Below, in pieces: positions 12,308 to 25,367 of a DNA stretch of 55,332 nt. A program made the position numbers and the translations under genes. Position 1 is the first letter of the stretch. The number at the start of each line of letters is the position of its first letter. Source of the stretch: Octopus sinensis (lineage: Eukaryota); NCBI RefSeq assembly GCF_006345805.1, contig NW_021834523.1, positions 1-55,332 of the forward strand, written 5' to 3'. The notes under the pieces are model-generated. The model made no database searches. It saw only the letters and a list, made by a program, of their open reading frames with translations, and had not been told where the DNA came from.

Positions 12308-14298
12308 TAGTTTTATTTTTATAGCGTGCTTTCACTTCACTACCTGAGCGAAGCTCTGTGAGCCTTGGTTATGTGGCTGTGATTTGTTGTGATGCTCTGA
12401 TGGTTTATTTATGGAAAGTGTTCTGCGTAGGATGTGTGCAGTGCCTAGTAGTGCAATTTTCTGTATGTTATATGTGTTTGTAAGTCCTGGGTTTTTGTTA
12501 TGTATTTGTCTGAATATTTTTTTTATCATGCCTAATTCACCTACTATGATAGGAATTGTTTCTGTTTTCAGATTCCACATTCTAGTTACCTCTATTTCCA
12601 GGTCTTTGTATTTTGAGAGTTTCTCCATTTCTTTTAGAGACACGTTGTCATCTGCCGGTATTGATACATCAATTAGAAAGCATTTTGTTTTCTTCATGAT
12701 CTCTGACAACTATATCTGGTCTGTTGGCCTTAATTTCTCTATCTGTGTGTATCGGCATATCCCAGAGTATGGTTCTTTTCTCGTTTTCTGTGACCTTTTT
12801 CTGGTGTGTGCCTATACCATCTTTTTTCTGTTGTTATTCCATAATGTTGGCAAGCTTCCATGTATGTAGGTTTCCAACTCTGTCATGTCTGTGAATATAG
12901 TTTCCTTCTTAGCCAGGACTGGGCAGCTAGAGATAATATGATTTTTGTTTCTTGTCCATCTCCACATATTCTGCAGTTTTATTTTAATATTTCTTTTTCA
13001 TTACATGTTTTTGGTAAATTTCTCGGTGGGGAGGCTTTGGTCTTGTGCTGCAATTAAAAATCCTCTGTTTTTCTGCTTTGAGTCCTGAGCTTCTCAACCA
13101 TTGCTGGGTTTTTCTTTGTCTATTTCTTTTTCGTTTAGTTTAGTGCAGTATTTACCATGAAGGGGCTTTTCTTGCAATCGTTTTATCATGGTCGTTGCTG
13201 TTCTATTTTTAGTTGTTGGATTTCATTTTGTTTTATAGCTTTTGTTGTTTCTTTCTTCATCTTCTTCTTCTTCTTCTTCATGTTTATTAGGTGGTATGAT
13301 TTCTTGTTTGTATTTGTCAGCTTCCTTAAATACTGAGAACAGTTTTTTTGTTTTGCTCTGTTTTTTGCGCTATCTGGATCAGTTTTCCTTCTTTCTGAAG
13401 TAGATATTTTTGCAGTTCCTATGGTGGTTATTTTATAGTAGTTCCAGCTGTATAAGGCTTCTACCACCTTCTATACGTTTTATATATAGTCTTTTCTATG
13501 TCAGATTTTGGGTGATGCATCCTAGATCCTGTCATTATTTTTCTTGTTTTCCTATCTATTTTAGTCAGTTCATTTCGTGTCCAGTTAAGGATATTGTAGC
13601 TGTAACTTATAACTGGGACAGCTAAGTGTTGATACCTATTATCTTGTTTTGGCATTGAGCTCTGTTTTTAGTATTGATCTAACTCGTCTATAATATTCTT
13701 TTTTTATTTTCTCTTTCATTGTGTGTGTTTGTGTCTGATCTAGTTCATGGATTCCTAAGTATTTGTAAGTTTGGCTTTGGTCTAATTCTTTTATTTCATT
13801 GGTTTTATCTAGTGTGATGTTGTTACTCTTAACTAGTTTTCTCTTTTCATGGTTACTTGGCGCATTTTTCTAATCCAAATTTCAATATCTATTTCTTTTG
13901 GTAAATCCATGAACTGTCTTTAATAGTGTTTCCAGCTGTTTTGTCATTTGCAGCGTATAGTTTTAGGTGTTCATCCATCCATACAAAAGGTGGCTGATCG
14001 TTTTGCCGTAACATTTATATCCGCAATCCAGTTCTATTTAGCATATCAGATAGAGGTGACAGTGCCAAGCAGAAAAGGAGTGGAGAGAGCGTGTCTCTGG
14101 AATATTCCTCTTCTAATGGGGATGGTCTTTGGTTTTCATGAGTCCCCCTCTTTTGTTTGGAGGTGTAGGACTGTTTGCCATTTATTCATAGAGTGCTCTA
14201 TGAATTTTTATGATTGCGGTGGCTCTACTTTGTTAATGGCTAGTGTTTCAAGGATCCATGTTGGGGGGATACTATCAAACTCCTTTTGTAGTCAATCC

Positions 14299-14299
<1 letters not shown>
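12304..14299 (-). mobile_element. Dong/R4-clade non-LTR retrotransposon, ~2 kb, 5'-truncated and frameshifted (RT plus RLE endonuclease)
   Basis: Across frameshifts: RT motifs IRRGIFQ..ALSPLLFCLAL and ISHLLY(M)DDLKLYA, thumb region LAVPVISYS...ELTKIDRKTRK, and RLE region KCFLIDVSIPADDNVSLKEMEKLSKYKDLEIEVTRMW...LLGTAHILRR. Flanked by (ATT)n. Confidence 0.92.
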
Positions 14300-14331
<32 letters not shown>

Positions 14332-14333
14332 TA

Positions 14334-14371
<38 letters not shown>

Positions 14372-15784
14372 CATTATTATTGTTGTTATTATTATTATTA
14401 TTATTCCTGCTATTACTGCTACTATTATGGATGTTGTTTCTCTTTCTAAAAAGATACTTGTTAACGCATTCCAATGTTTTTAATTTTTACCTTTTATAAA
14501 TGTAAGTTTGTTTTCTTTTCAAATATTTGGATTATTTCCGGAGCAAAGGATTTCCTAATGGTATTAAATCTTTCACATTTCGTAGTAGACATCAATGATT
14601 CATTTTTCTAGACATTTTATTTTATTTTTCATTTTTGTCGAGACAATTTTTGTAAACATAGCTGCTTGTAGCAAAATGACCAAATGCACTTCAAACAAAA
14701 CAAATGAAGCAAAACATCATTGTAACTTAGAGTATATAGACATTAAAAAAATAAGAACGAAGACATTAATGATGTTTAAGAGATTTTGAAAAATAAATCA
14801 AATAATAATAACAATTACAATAATAGCTTAATACGCATAGATATAATTTGCCAAGCAAGAAGCGTAAAAAATATGGCATTTCGGCGGTAAACAGTAACAT
14901 TGTAAACATGTTGACAACAAAAATGACGATGATGACAACAATAACAACGCCGATAACATTTTTACAATTTCATACACACACACGCACACGCACATTTCAT
15001 CAAAGGAAAAACTTCTTCGAATCCAGATCAGGTGTTTTGAAAACGTGCTTTGAACCAAACATCTGCATTGTATATAACAATTAGGTGAGAGGCCGACTGC
15101 ATGGCAATACCGTATTACAAAAGCGGGTGCTTCTTTGCTTGAACCTATTCCCCATGCACATGAAAGCTGACTTACATGTGTCCTGCTAAATCACAGGGAG
15201 TTTTTATGAACCCTCCAAAGAACAAATTGAGACAACCTTACCGTACTTAAAACAAAATTTCTTACAAATAGAGAGAGAACACATAGGGTATGATATCCAT
15301 TGTTTTCAAAACTGACAACAGAACAAGAACTCTAGATTAGTAGGTATTTGACACAGCGTTAACCGGATAGAATTATTATATATACTGAATCTATCACCCA
15401 GATAGAGGCTCTTGCTCACTTTCCTAGCGCAACATTAACATGTAGGAAACACCGGTGAGGCTTCATATAACATGTAATCATGTAGGGTTACTCAAGACAT
15501 AAAATTCCACATGACCCCACAAGATCAGAAAACAATCCCAGCGTTGTGTTTTGTAGAAGGTAGTGGTTTGTGTTTCGTATTTGCCTGCATGCTTTTTTCT
15601 ATCATTTACAAGGGATCTATTTGTAGAACTATTTGTAGAACTCAAACTGATGTCAGGCTAGGCTGGTCGCGGCGGGATTTGAACTCAGGCAATAAATCAC
15701 TGGAACGAATACATTCATGCATTTTCTCCGACGCTCTAAAAATTCTCACACACCACCCCCACCGTCCTTATATATATCTAAAGG

Positions 15785-15975
15785 CAACGAGTGGACAGAA
15801 TTGTTTGCACGCTCAGCAAAATGCTTAGCGGTATTTCATCCGTCTTTAGATTGTGAGTTCAAATTCCAGCATGGTCAGCTTTGCCTTTCATCATTTCTGG
15901 GACGATAAAAAGAGTGCCGGTTGCGCAGTGGAGGTCTTACACCTACCCGCGTACTTGTTGGTCTTGTGCCTTTAC
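15785..15975 (+). mobile_element. SINE S1
   Basis: Head plus core ctttgcctttcatcatttctgggacgataaaa. Confidence 0.75.
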
Positions 15976-16034
15976 TAGAAAAGGATTATTTTTATTTTTA
16001 TTTTTAGTAGTAGTAGTAGTAGTAGTTAGTAAGT

Positions 16035-16415
16035 AGTGAAGAAAGAAGAAGAAGGAAGAAGAGAAGAGAAGAAGAAGAAGAAGAAGAAGAAGAAGAAGAA
16101 GAAGAAGAAGAAGAAGAAGAAGAAGAAGAAGAAGAGACGAAGAAGAAGACGAAGAAGAAGAAAGAGAGAAGAAAAGAAAGAGAAGAAGAAGAAGAAGAAT
16201 AAGAAAGAGAAGAAGAAAAGAAAGAGAAGAAGAAGAAGAAGAAAAGGAAGAAAGAAAGACGAAAGAAGATGAGGAAGAAGAGAGAAGAAGAAGAAGAAGA
16301 AGAAGAAGAAGAAGAGAAGAAGCAGATAGAAGAGAAGAAGAAGAAGAAGAAGAAGCATATGAAGAATGCTCCCGAAGAAAGAAGAATCGCCGCTCAGAAG
16401 AAGAAGAAGAAGCAC
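16035..16415. repeat. (GAA)n-rich polypurine tract, ~380 bp
   Basis: Read directly; the poly-K/E and poly-F/L ORFs here are artefacts. Confidence 0.95.
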
Positions 16416-16424
16416 GCGCCGCCG

Positions 16425-16640
16425 GGCAGCGTGCTGGCAGAATCGCTAGCACGCTGGACAATCTGCTTAGCGGCATTTCGTCCGTGTATACGTTCAAATT
16501 CCGCCATGGTCAACCTTGCCTTTCATCCTTTCGGGATCAATAAATTAAGTACCAGTTTGAGCACTGGGGTCAATGTAATCTACTTAACCCCGAACCCAAC
16601 TCACCCACAGCCTGAAATTGCAGGCCTTCTGCCAAAATAT
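16425..16640 (+). mobile_element. SINE S1
   Basis: gagctgg-like head and Deu-like core ccttgcctttcatcctttcgggatcaataaattaagtaccag. Confidence 0.8.
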
Positions 16641-17044
16641 GAAATCAAATTCTCCTCGGGCCATAAAAACAAAAATGAAATGCCCCTTAATGAATTCGAA
16701 CCCAGGACTCTGAAACACGCGCAAATATGTTGCGGTCTTATCCGCACAGCAACATCGACCGCTAACCAAGGCGGAATGGTAGTGGTCGATAATTGTTTTC
16801 AGGGACATCGGTTAGTATTGAACTACAGTTAACTGGCAACTGACCATGGTCTTGGAGTTGGCACAGCTGTGGGAGAAAGCCAAAACAACAAGAAATGCTT
16901 TTGTTGGTGTTGTTATTGTTTTATTGTTGAACAGAAAATTTCTCTCCTCCCACTGATGGTTGTTAGCCTTTGTGCTTTTGTTTATTTGTTTGCAGTTTAC
17001 CTTTCTTTTCTTTTATTTGATAAGTAGGAAAGGTTCCTTACACG

Positions 17045-17055
17045 TGTGTGCGCGC

Positions 17056-17152
<97 letters not shown>

Positions 17153-17263
17153 TATATATATATACATTTATATATATATATATCTATATATATATACATT
17201 TATATATATATATATATATTACATTTATAATATATACATATAATATTATAATACATTTATATA

Positions 17264-17310
<47 letters not shown>

Positions 17311-17441
17311 CATATGCATATATATATATTCATAATTATATATATATACATGCAAACATATATACATACATACAAACATACATATATGTACATGAGTATA
17401 CATATACACATACATATAAACATACATACATGCATATGATT

Positions 17442-17497
<56 letters not shown>

Positions 17498-17516
17498 ATA
17501 CGTACATGCATACATA

Positions 17517-17547
<31 letters not shown>

Positions 17548-17675
17548 CATACATAAACACATTTTCTTGACCGAAGCATTATTTGTTGAAATATTGCCAA
17601 TATAAAACAAAACGAAGGAAAGAAAGGATGAAATAAATAAATAAAGAAAGAAAGAAAGAAAGAAAGAAAGAATGA

Positions 17676-17726
<51 letters not shown>

Positions 17727-17730
17727 GAGA
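17045..17730. repeat. (TA)n/(CATA)n/(GAAA)n microsatellite block
   Basis: Read directly. Confidence 0.95.
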
Positions 17731-18107
17731 GAAAGGATGGAAAGAAAAAAAATTAAACAAAAGATAAAGTAAAGAAAAAGTGAAAGCCAAAACGGTAACA
17801 CTAAAAACGAAAACGAAAATATAATTTTTTTTTAAAAATGGTGTTCAAACAACGAAATGATATTTCTAGGGATGTTGCTAAGGAAGTGACGGTGAAAAAC
17901 GAGAATAAAACAAGCTTCTAGCGATGTTTGATATCAAAATTGTTCAAGAGGAAATTTGATCAATTTTCTTTTCTCCTTTTGCGTTTATTATTTATTTTGT
18001 TTTATTTTATTTTTTTGTGTGAGATATTCGTTGGTTTGTTGTTTATGTTTTCTTTCCGTGTGTTGCTGCATGCATGTATATATATATATATACATATACA
18101 TACAATA

Positions 18108-18161
<54 letters not shown>

Positions 18162-18238
18162 TTTTGTTTTTGCTTGCTTTTCACGCTTGTCAGTTTCCTT
18201 TTACTGACATGTATGTACGTTTGAATAGATAAATATAT

Positions 18239-18287
<49 letters not shown>

Positions 18288-18685
18288 ATATAATATATAT
18301 GGTTATATTTATATATATATATATATTATATATATATATATATATAATATATATACATTACTATATATTACCGAATCCGTCAGTATGTGAATGCAATATA
18401 TCATAGAAGAATATAACACGTCTGTGTATTCACACGCGTATGTATGTACGCATATATTTTAAATGTATATCTATATATGTATGTATACGTGTGCGTATGT
18501 GTATTGCAGTACATAAAAGCATTATATATATATGTGTGTGTGTATGTGTGTCTGTGTGCGTGTATGTATGCATGTATGTATGTATGCTTGTATGTATGCA
18601 TGTATGTATATCTTTATATATACGGATGTGTGTATTTGTATTGTAGTACAGAAAAGCATTGTATGAGTTCGTGGTGTTTGTTTAT

Positions 18686-18725
<40 letters not shown>

Positions 18726-18930
18726 ATGGAGAAGGAGATAAAGGGGTAAGAGGTACAAAAGGATATGCGAGTGACTGTATAAGTACATGTGAAGCAATTA
18801 GAATATTGTTTTCGCTGTGGGATATACTATCATCAGCTGTCGGTTGATGTCACTAAAATTTCGGCAGCTTCCTAGAGATAAGTGCCAAAATATGTACGCA
18901 TGACTACAAGAAATATATATATGTATATAC

Positions 18931-18969
<39 letters not shown>

Positions 18970-19050
18970 TATATATATATATATATATATATGTAATATA
19001 TATATATATATGTATAATATTATATATATGTATATATATATATATATATG

Positions 19051-19102
<52 letters not shown>

Positions 19103-19374
19103 TATATATATAATATACGTGTGTGTGTTTTTTTTTCGTTTATTGGTTTTAATCAATGATCTGCGGTCATGTTAAGGCGCAGAGAGAGTAAGGGGTTTTG
19201 GTTGATCACAGCAACCATTCTTCTTTATAGTGTGGAATAGAATACTATTTGTTTTATCGTTCTATGTTTTACCCTCTTGACGAAGTTACAGTTTTGATGC
19301 ACCGTTAGTTATTTCAAATAAAAGTGCGATATGAAACACTTAAATATGCGCGTCCAATATATATATATATATAT

Positions 19375-19576
19375 AAGAACGCCATGATAGATCGTTAGCT
19401 CCTACACGCATTTTTTTCTCTCCTTGTTTTTTTTCCGTGTATCTTTCTGTCGAAGAGCGTAGGCTCGAAACGTAAAAGACTTGTTCTATTTCTATTCCTG
19501 AGCGCCATACTAATACATTTGTTTGTTTGTACTCCATCTGCCTTCGTCTTTTGTTTATTTTCGTAAACCTTCCCGT

Positions 19577-19580
<4 letters not shown>
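19375..19580 (+). mobile_element. Short (TA)n-flanked element carrying a hammerhead motif (family B)
   Basis: (TA)n on both sides. Its 3' end (ttcgtcttttgtttattttcgtaaaccttcccgtta) recurs inverted at 44676-44720, and a related internal part lies at 47470-47545. Confidence 0.7.
19442..19479 (+). ncRNA. Minimal type I hammerhead ribozyme motif, core mutated (CUGUCGA)
   Basis: Stem I ucuuu/aaaga; core ctgTcga-a; stem II GAGC-gtag-GCTC; GAAA; palindromic ACGU stem III; GUA site at 19472-19474. A6 is changed to U. Confidence 0.75.
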
Positions 19581-19632
<52 letters not shown>

Positions 19633-20002
19633 TGTATGTATGTATGTATGTATTTATGTATGCATGTATATAACAAATGAGACACAGAAAATGGAATATA
19701 CGAGAATTTATTATTAATCACGACAATTGTTTCGACACATCTAGCATCGATTCCCCTCGGGTGGGACAGTCAGCAAACGGTTCAGGAGTATCTAGTCCGG
19801 TGATAAAGAAATAAAAACAACACGTTAAAATGACTGTTCCACAATGTAACTTTCCGTTTTGTAGAGAGAAAAAACAGCCGGACGGAGGAAAACTCTTCAT
19901 ATACATAGAAGATCAGAAATAAAATTGCAGAAGACAAAAAGAGAAACGAACACGTAATCCAGCGAGAAAAGTATTGAAAATAACCGTTAATATATTTCTT
20001 TA

Positions 20003-20335
20003 TATCGACCCCAGTGCGTAACTGGTACTTATTTAATCGACCCCGAAAGGATGAAAGGCAAAGTCGAGACCTCGGTGGAATTTGAACTCAGAACGTAAAG
20101 ACAGACGAAATACCTATTTCTTTACTACCCACAAGGGGCTAAACACAGAGGGGACAAACAAGGACAGACAAACGGATTAAGTCGATTACATCGACCTCAG
20201 TGCGTAACTGGTACTTAATTTATCGACCCCGAAAGGTTGAAAGGCAAAGTCGACCTGGGCGGAATTTGAACCCAGAACGTAACGGCAGATGAAATACGGC
20301 TACGCATTTCGCCCAGCGTGCTAAAGTTTCTGACA
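20003..20335 (-). mobile_element. SINE S1, dimeric
   Basis: Two tandem bodies and one head, as at 8259. Confidence 0.85.
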
Positions 20336-20542
20336 CCCTCGGGCAAGCTGCATGGCACGAGTACACGGGCTCATACAAGCATCAGTAAAAATGTGAGTAT
20401 ACGAACACGCGAGGTTTGGTGCACTCGTGATCACAAAGCGAGTGAGTTATTTACTTAGTGTTTATAAGAATGGAGAGGTTAAATGTAGACTTAAGTCATC
20501 CATACCTTAAAGTAAATTAAATTACATTATGTTAACGGTTAT

Positions 20543-21350
20543 TCAAAATTCATTCTCACTGCATTGCGCAAAAGTACATTTATATGCGTGCGGGCATCTC
20601 GATACTCGTTCGGAAATTCTATTAAGTATCTTCTCGTTAGTCCACAGAATAGGCAGGGATTCCTCGAAGCATAGACGGCGTCTCCTGGAAATTATATCGT
20701 ATGGTTTTGCATGCCTAAGTATGGACCAATTAATGTTGTACTTCGTTTTACCCTCCTTCAGTCTCCATATAAAATCTCCCAAAGATGTTGAAAACCTCTT
20801 ATTGATTGACTTAAAGCTGGCAACATGGTTACGATAACGATTCTTAAATGAATCAGCCGTCTGCCCAATGTAAACATAGGGCCCTCCCCTTGCATGCACG
20901 GTACATTTTATCTACAACATTTGTACTCATACAGAGATTCATCATAGGACATTTTGATTTATCTCTGCATGAGCATTTATCGTATTTATTTGTATATAAG
21001 TCAGTCCCGACTCCATTTACCGGCGTTGTTATCGTGCTAGCTGTACCATGAGTATTTCTACTACTACAAATTGAACGAAGTTGATGTTTATCAATGCGGT
21101 TTACATCTCCTTGGTTGGTATTTAGATGCAAATGTTTGCTAGATACAGTAGATGGGTTATTGAACCTTTGCCGCATTTTGCTATTGTTTATGCGATGCAT
21201 AAGCTGCTCTAAATTAGCAGAGTTGGCGTACAATACCTTCACGGTGTGCCGATTAAAAATAGCATGATACCGATTAGATTTAGGAAAACACGTGTCCAAA
21301 GCAGCACAAATAGTTCCAGCTTTCCTGGTTGCAACATAGATTCGAATTCC
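20543..21350 (-). mobile_element. Penelope-like element fragment P1 (linker plus C-terminal GIY-YIG endonuclease)
   Basis: LDTCFPKSNRYHAIFNRHTVKV...KCSCRDKSKCPMMNLCMSTNVV, then a 1-nt frameshift near 20908, then CTVHARGGPYVYIGQTADSFKNRYRNHVASFK...FIWRLK...LCFEE...SRCPHAYK. Confidence 0.92.
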
Positions 21351-22221
21351 GTGGTTAGTATTTATATATATACTATCTCAAGGTCTAGTTGTTGTTTTGA
21401 TGTGGTGGCTTCTGTGCTTTTGTGACCCTGAGATTTTGACCCTTACATAAATCACGTTACCACAGCAAAATAATTCCTATCGTCACCCATATTGTATCTT
21501 ATTCATCAGGCCTATACTAACCACCAAGCCCAGTTCTTCCAGCCCAGAACATCTTCAGCCCTTATGAATTTCCTCCCTTTCTGCAAACGTCGATTTGCAG
21601 TTGTTTAAGAGAAATTTTCATTGCATCAGTTTCACTTGTCTTGCAGAGGCCAACGAAATCTATCGACAGAGTCCGCTTCCTTAACACTAATGTTTAAAAA
21701 TAATAACATCAGTTTTTTGCAGGTATGTTATGAGTTGATCTAGTTAGATATTTGATGCCTGATTCCAATGAAACAGAAATTCTAATGCATTCACCCACAT
21801 CACAAGGATCTGTATTGGTTTCGTAACAATTAATCGCTATCGACAGTCAAATTTTACATTGGATATGACGTTAGTCTATCGAGCGTTAGAATGGAACTTG
21901 CATCACAGATTAATGAACCATCTGATAATTCCACAGCGGTGTGGATATTTTGGGCGTACTGTGACTTAAATGGTTAAGAAATCCTGAGATTTTAAAGACC
22001 GATTCCACTTCGTAGCATCTTGTGCTGGTGTTGTTTATTCTAACATGAAGCAGACATAAGCGTTATGTGTGGATTTGGGTAGACAGCAGCTAGAGAAACG
22101 CATTAAATGGGCTGCATATGAAATTCAAAGACCCCTTGTTGTCGCATTCTGTGTCGGAGTGTGTCTTCTGAATGATTGCGCTGAGACAAAAGTTGACACT
22201 CCGACACTCAACCAGATATAG

Positions 22222-22628
22222 GCGCAGGAGTGGCTGTGTGGTAAGTAGCTTGTTTACCAACCACATGGTTCCGGGTTCAGTCCCACTGCGTGGCACCTTG
22301 GGCAAGTGTCTTCTACTATAGCCTCGGGCCGACCAATGCCTTGTGAGTGGATTTGGGAGACGGAAACTGAAAGAAGCCCGTCGTATATATGTATGTATAT
22401 ATATGCGTGTGTGTATTTGGGTGTCTGTGTTTGTCCCCCTAGCATTGCTTGACAACCGATGCTGGTGTGTTTATGTCCCCATTACTTAGCGGTTCGGCAA
22501 AAGAGACTGATAGAATAAGTAGTGGGCTTACAAAAGAATAAGTCCCGGGGTCGAGTTGCTCGATTAAAGGCGGTGCTCCAGCATGGCCGCAGTCAAATGA
22601 CTGAAACAAGTAAAAGAGTAAAAGAGAG
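22222..22628 (+). mobile_element. SINE S2, full length
   Basis: ggcgcaggagtggctgtgtggtaag through gaaacaagtaaaagagtaaaagag. Confidence 0.9.
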
Positions 22629-22629
22629 A

Positions 22630-23230
22630 TAAATCGGTTTCAAATTTTGCCACAAGGCCAAAAAATTTTAGGAAAGGGGACAAGCCGATTACATCGATTC
22701 CAGTGCCCAACTGGTTCTTATTTTGTCGATCCCGAAAGGATGAAAGGTAAAGCCGATCTCGTTGGAATTTGAAATCAGAACGTAAATACCTATTTCTTTA
22801 CAACACACAAGGGGCTAAACACAGAGGGGACAAACAAGGACAGACAAAGGGATTAAGTCGATTACATCGACCCCAGTGCGTAACTGGTACTTGATTTATC
22901 GACCCCGAAAGGATGAAAGGCAAAGTCGACCTCGGGGGAATTTGAACTCGGAACGTAACGGAAGACGAAATACGGCTACGCATTTCGCCCGGCGTGCTAA
23001 CGTTTCTGCCAGTTCGCCGCCTTTCAGAACGTAAATACCTATTTCTTTATTACCCACAAGGGGCTAAACATAGAGGGGACAAGCAAGGACAGACATAGGT
23101 ATTAAGTCGATTAGATCGATCCCAGTGCGTAACTGGTCGCTGCCTTTCAGCTCGCCACCTTTCAGAACGTAAATTCCGTTAAGTATTTTGTCCGACAGAC
23201 AAACGATTCTGTTAGCTCACCGCCTTAGCC
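22630..23230 (-). mobile_element. SINE S1 multimer with partial tandem bodies
   Basis: cagaacgtaaatacctatttcttt occurs near 22778 and 23026, with further partial units. Confidence 0.8.
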
Positions 23231-24102
23231 ACATAAACTATAATACAACGAGAATGTAGTTCATTTGACCAAACACTCAAGACGTGTTCATTGAAATAAA
23301 CAAGCGATCTATCATAATAAGAGAGTTAGGTCGGGTCGACTAGACAGTTGATATCTAAAAGCCATAATCACAGATATAACGCTTTAGTGGCAACAAGATA
23401 CGAACCTTTCACCACTCGGTTCGTTGTCCCACTACCCTACTGGTTCGAACGTTTGCACTTCCATGAACCAGCTGTGATTTATTGTTTTAATCACGTTATT
23501 CCTTTATCACGTTAACTCTATTTGGGTAATTGATTACAAAATTACAGTTAGAGCTCTGTATACCACGCACAAAAGTGTAATGTTTGTTTTAAAATTCAAT
23601 ATTTAATTACCATTCAAATACCAGAATTCTCGACCGGAGATTATTGAGATTAAGAATACTTCGATTATGGAAAAAAAAATATTGTGTGGCAGATCTATGG
23701 TTATTGGATCCTACCCGTGATTCTGATTACCATTTCCGTTGGAATTCTGTCAGAAATGATTGATAGGAAGACCGGAATATCAAAATTGTTGAAGTTAGCC
23801 TGGCAGAATTAAATATCAGTTGTGAAGGTTCTTTTTTTTTCTTTTTTCAATACAATGTAAAGCTATCTTGCCAATTTCTGATATATATATATATACCATT
23901 CATACGTACATACATATATCCATACATGCATAAATCCATACATACATACATAATGCATACATGCATGCATACATACATATAATATACATGACAATAATGC
24001 TGGCATGAGGGCGTACTTTGCAACCCACCACGAAAAAGAACGCAAGAAAGAGCGACACGAAATTAATGGAAACATGATTGAAAAAATTCGGTCAGTTCTG
24101 TC

Positions 24103-24133
<31 letters not shown>

Positions 24134-24793
24134 TAGTCATATTACTACTACTACTACGACGACGACGACGGCGACGACTACCACTACTATTTAATTTTTT
24201 CCATATTATCTCCAATAATCTCAAAACAAATATATATGCTGAATCAGTTAGATAGCAACAGGTAATACGCTACACACGAGTATAAGGTATTGTATTCTAT
24301 TGTAGTGAGTTGTCTCACCATGTCAAACAAACCAAACTTAATACAAATGGACAGCATCTTCTAAGGTAAGAAATATTTGTCTTGCTTGTAGTTCATGTAT
24401 GGTATGCTTGTATATTTCATTATTGAGACTCCGGTAAATTTTGCTGATACACACAATCTTTCCCTTAGATATTGTCTTAAAATTGTTCCAGTTCTTCGTT
24501 ATGCAGGTCCATCGAAAATACATGGCTTTTGAGGTTTTTTGTTATTGTGATTTTTTTTCCATTTTCCTCTTATCACTTCCGTTTTTCGTTTAAGCTTTAC
24601 TTGTTCGTAAGGACAATAGGTAACATTATATATAAATGTGTGTGTATGTGAGTGTGTGGTGTCTGTGCGTGTGTCTGTGTTTGTGTCTGCGTCTATGTAT
24701 GTAATCATGCATATGTATATAAATATATATACATACATGCAAACAGAAACGTATACACACGTATATATGCATTTATAGTTATAATATATATAT

Positions 24794-24827
<34 letters not shown>

Positions 24828-24829
24828 AA

Positions 24830-24995
24830 ATAATGTTACAATTATTCAATAGTCAGATAAAACTCTGAGTTTCGGATGCCGAAGTGAAAATCCACAACAC
24901 CATCTCTTCGGTTATCTGGCCATCATAAATTTCCTCTATTTACATAATATTGAGGTCTCTTTCTTTCTTTTGCTATCTTACCGTTTTTACTAATA
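24830..24995 (-). mobile_element. Short (TA)n-flanked hammerhead-bearing element (family A), core mutated (CCGAAGA)
   Basis: Homologous to 31870-32098. Minus strand reads ggccagataa-cCgaaga-gatg...catcc-gaaa-ctcagag-tt-ttatctga (24853-24920). Confidence 0.75.
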
Positions 24996-25033
24996 TATAT
25001 ATATATATATTAGTAAAATATATATATATATTA

Positions 25034-25074
<41 letters not shown>

Positions 25075-25295
25075 TCACACACATACACACGTAAACACAC
25101 ACGATATATGTTGGTGGGGTGGGGTGTATGAGTGTTTGATTAGATTCAAAATTGTTAAGGCTCTAGAATATTTCCTGCTTTTCTTAATATAAAACCAATG
25201 GTAGCCTTAATACACAAATAAAGAAATTATATCTACCATGCTGCGTTGAACGCTCATTTCCATCGTTGACAATTACGTATATATGGTGTATATAT

Positions 25296-25367
<72 letters not shown>

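Noticed and set aside
20543-20960. In-frame TGA (selenocysteine) at Cys positions of the PLE, as reported for some Naiad elements
   Set aside because: The Cys positions in P1 are TGY or simple point mutants; no in-frame TGA was seen.
21647-21722. 76-nt segment between ttgcag and CAG/gtatgt
   Set aside because: The splice-like sites are good, but the only open frame is not protein-like and fits no other candidate exon.
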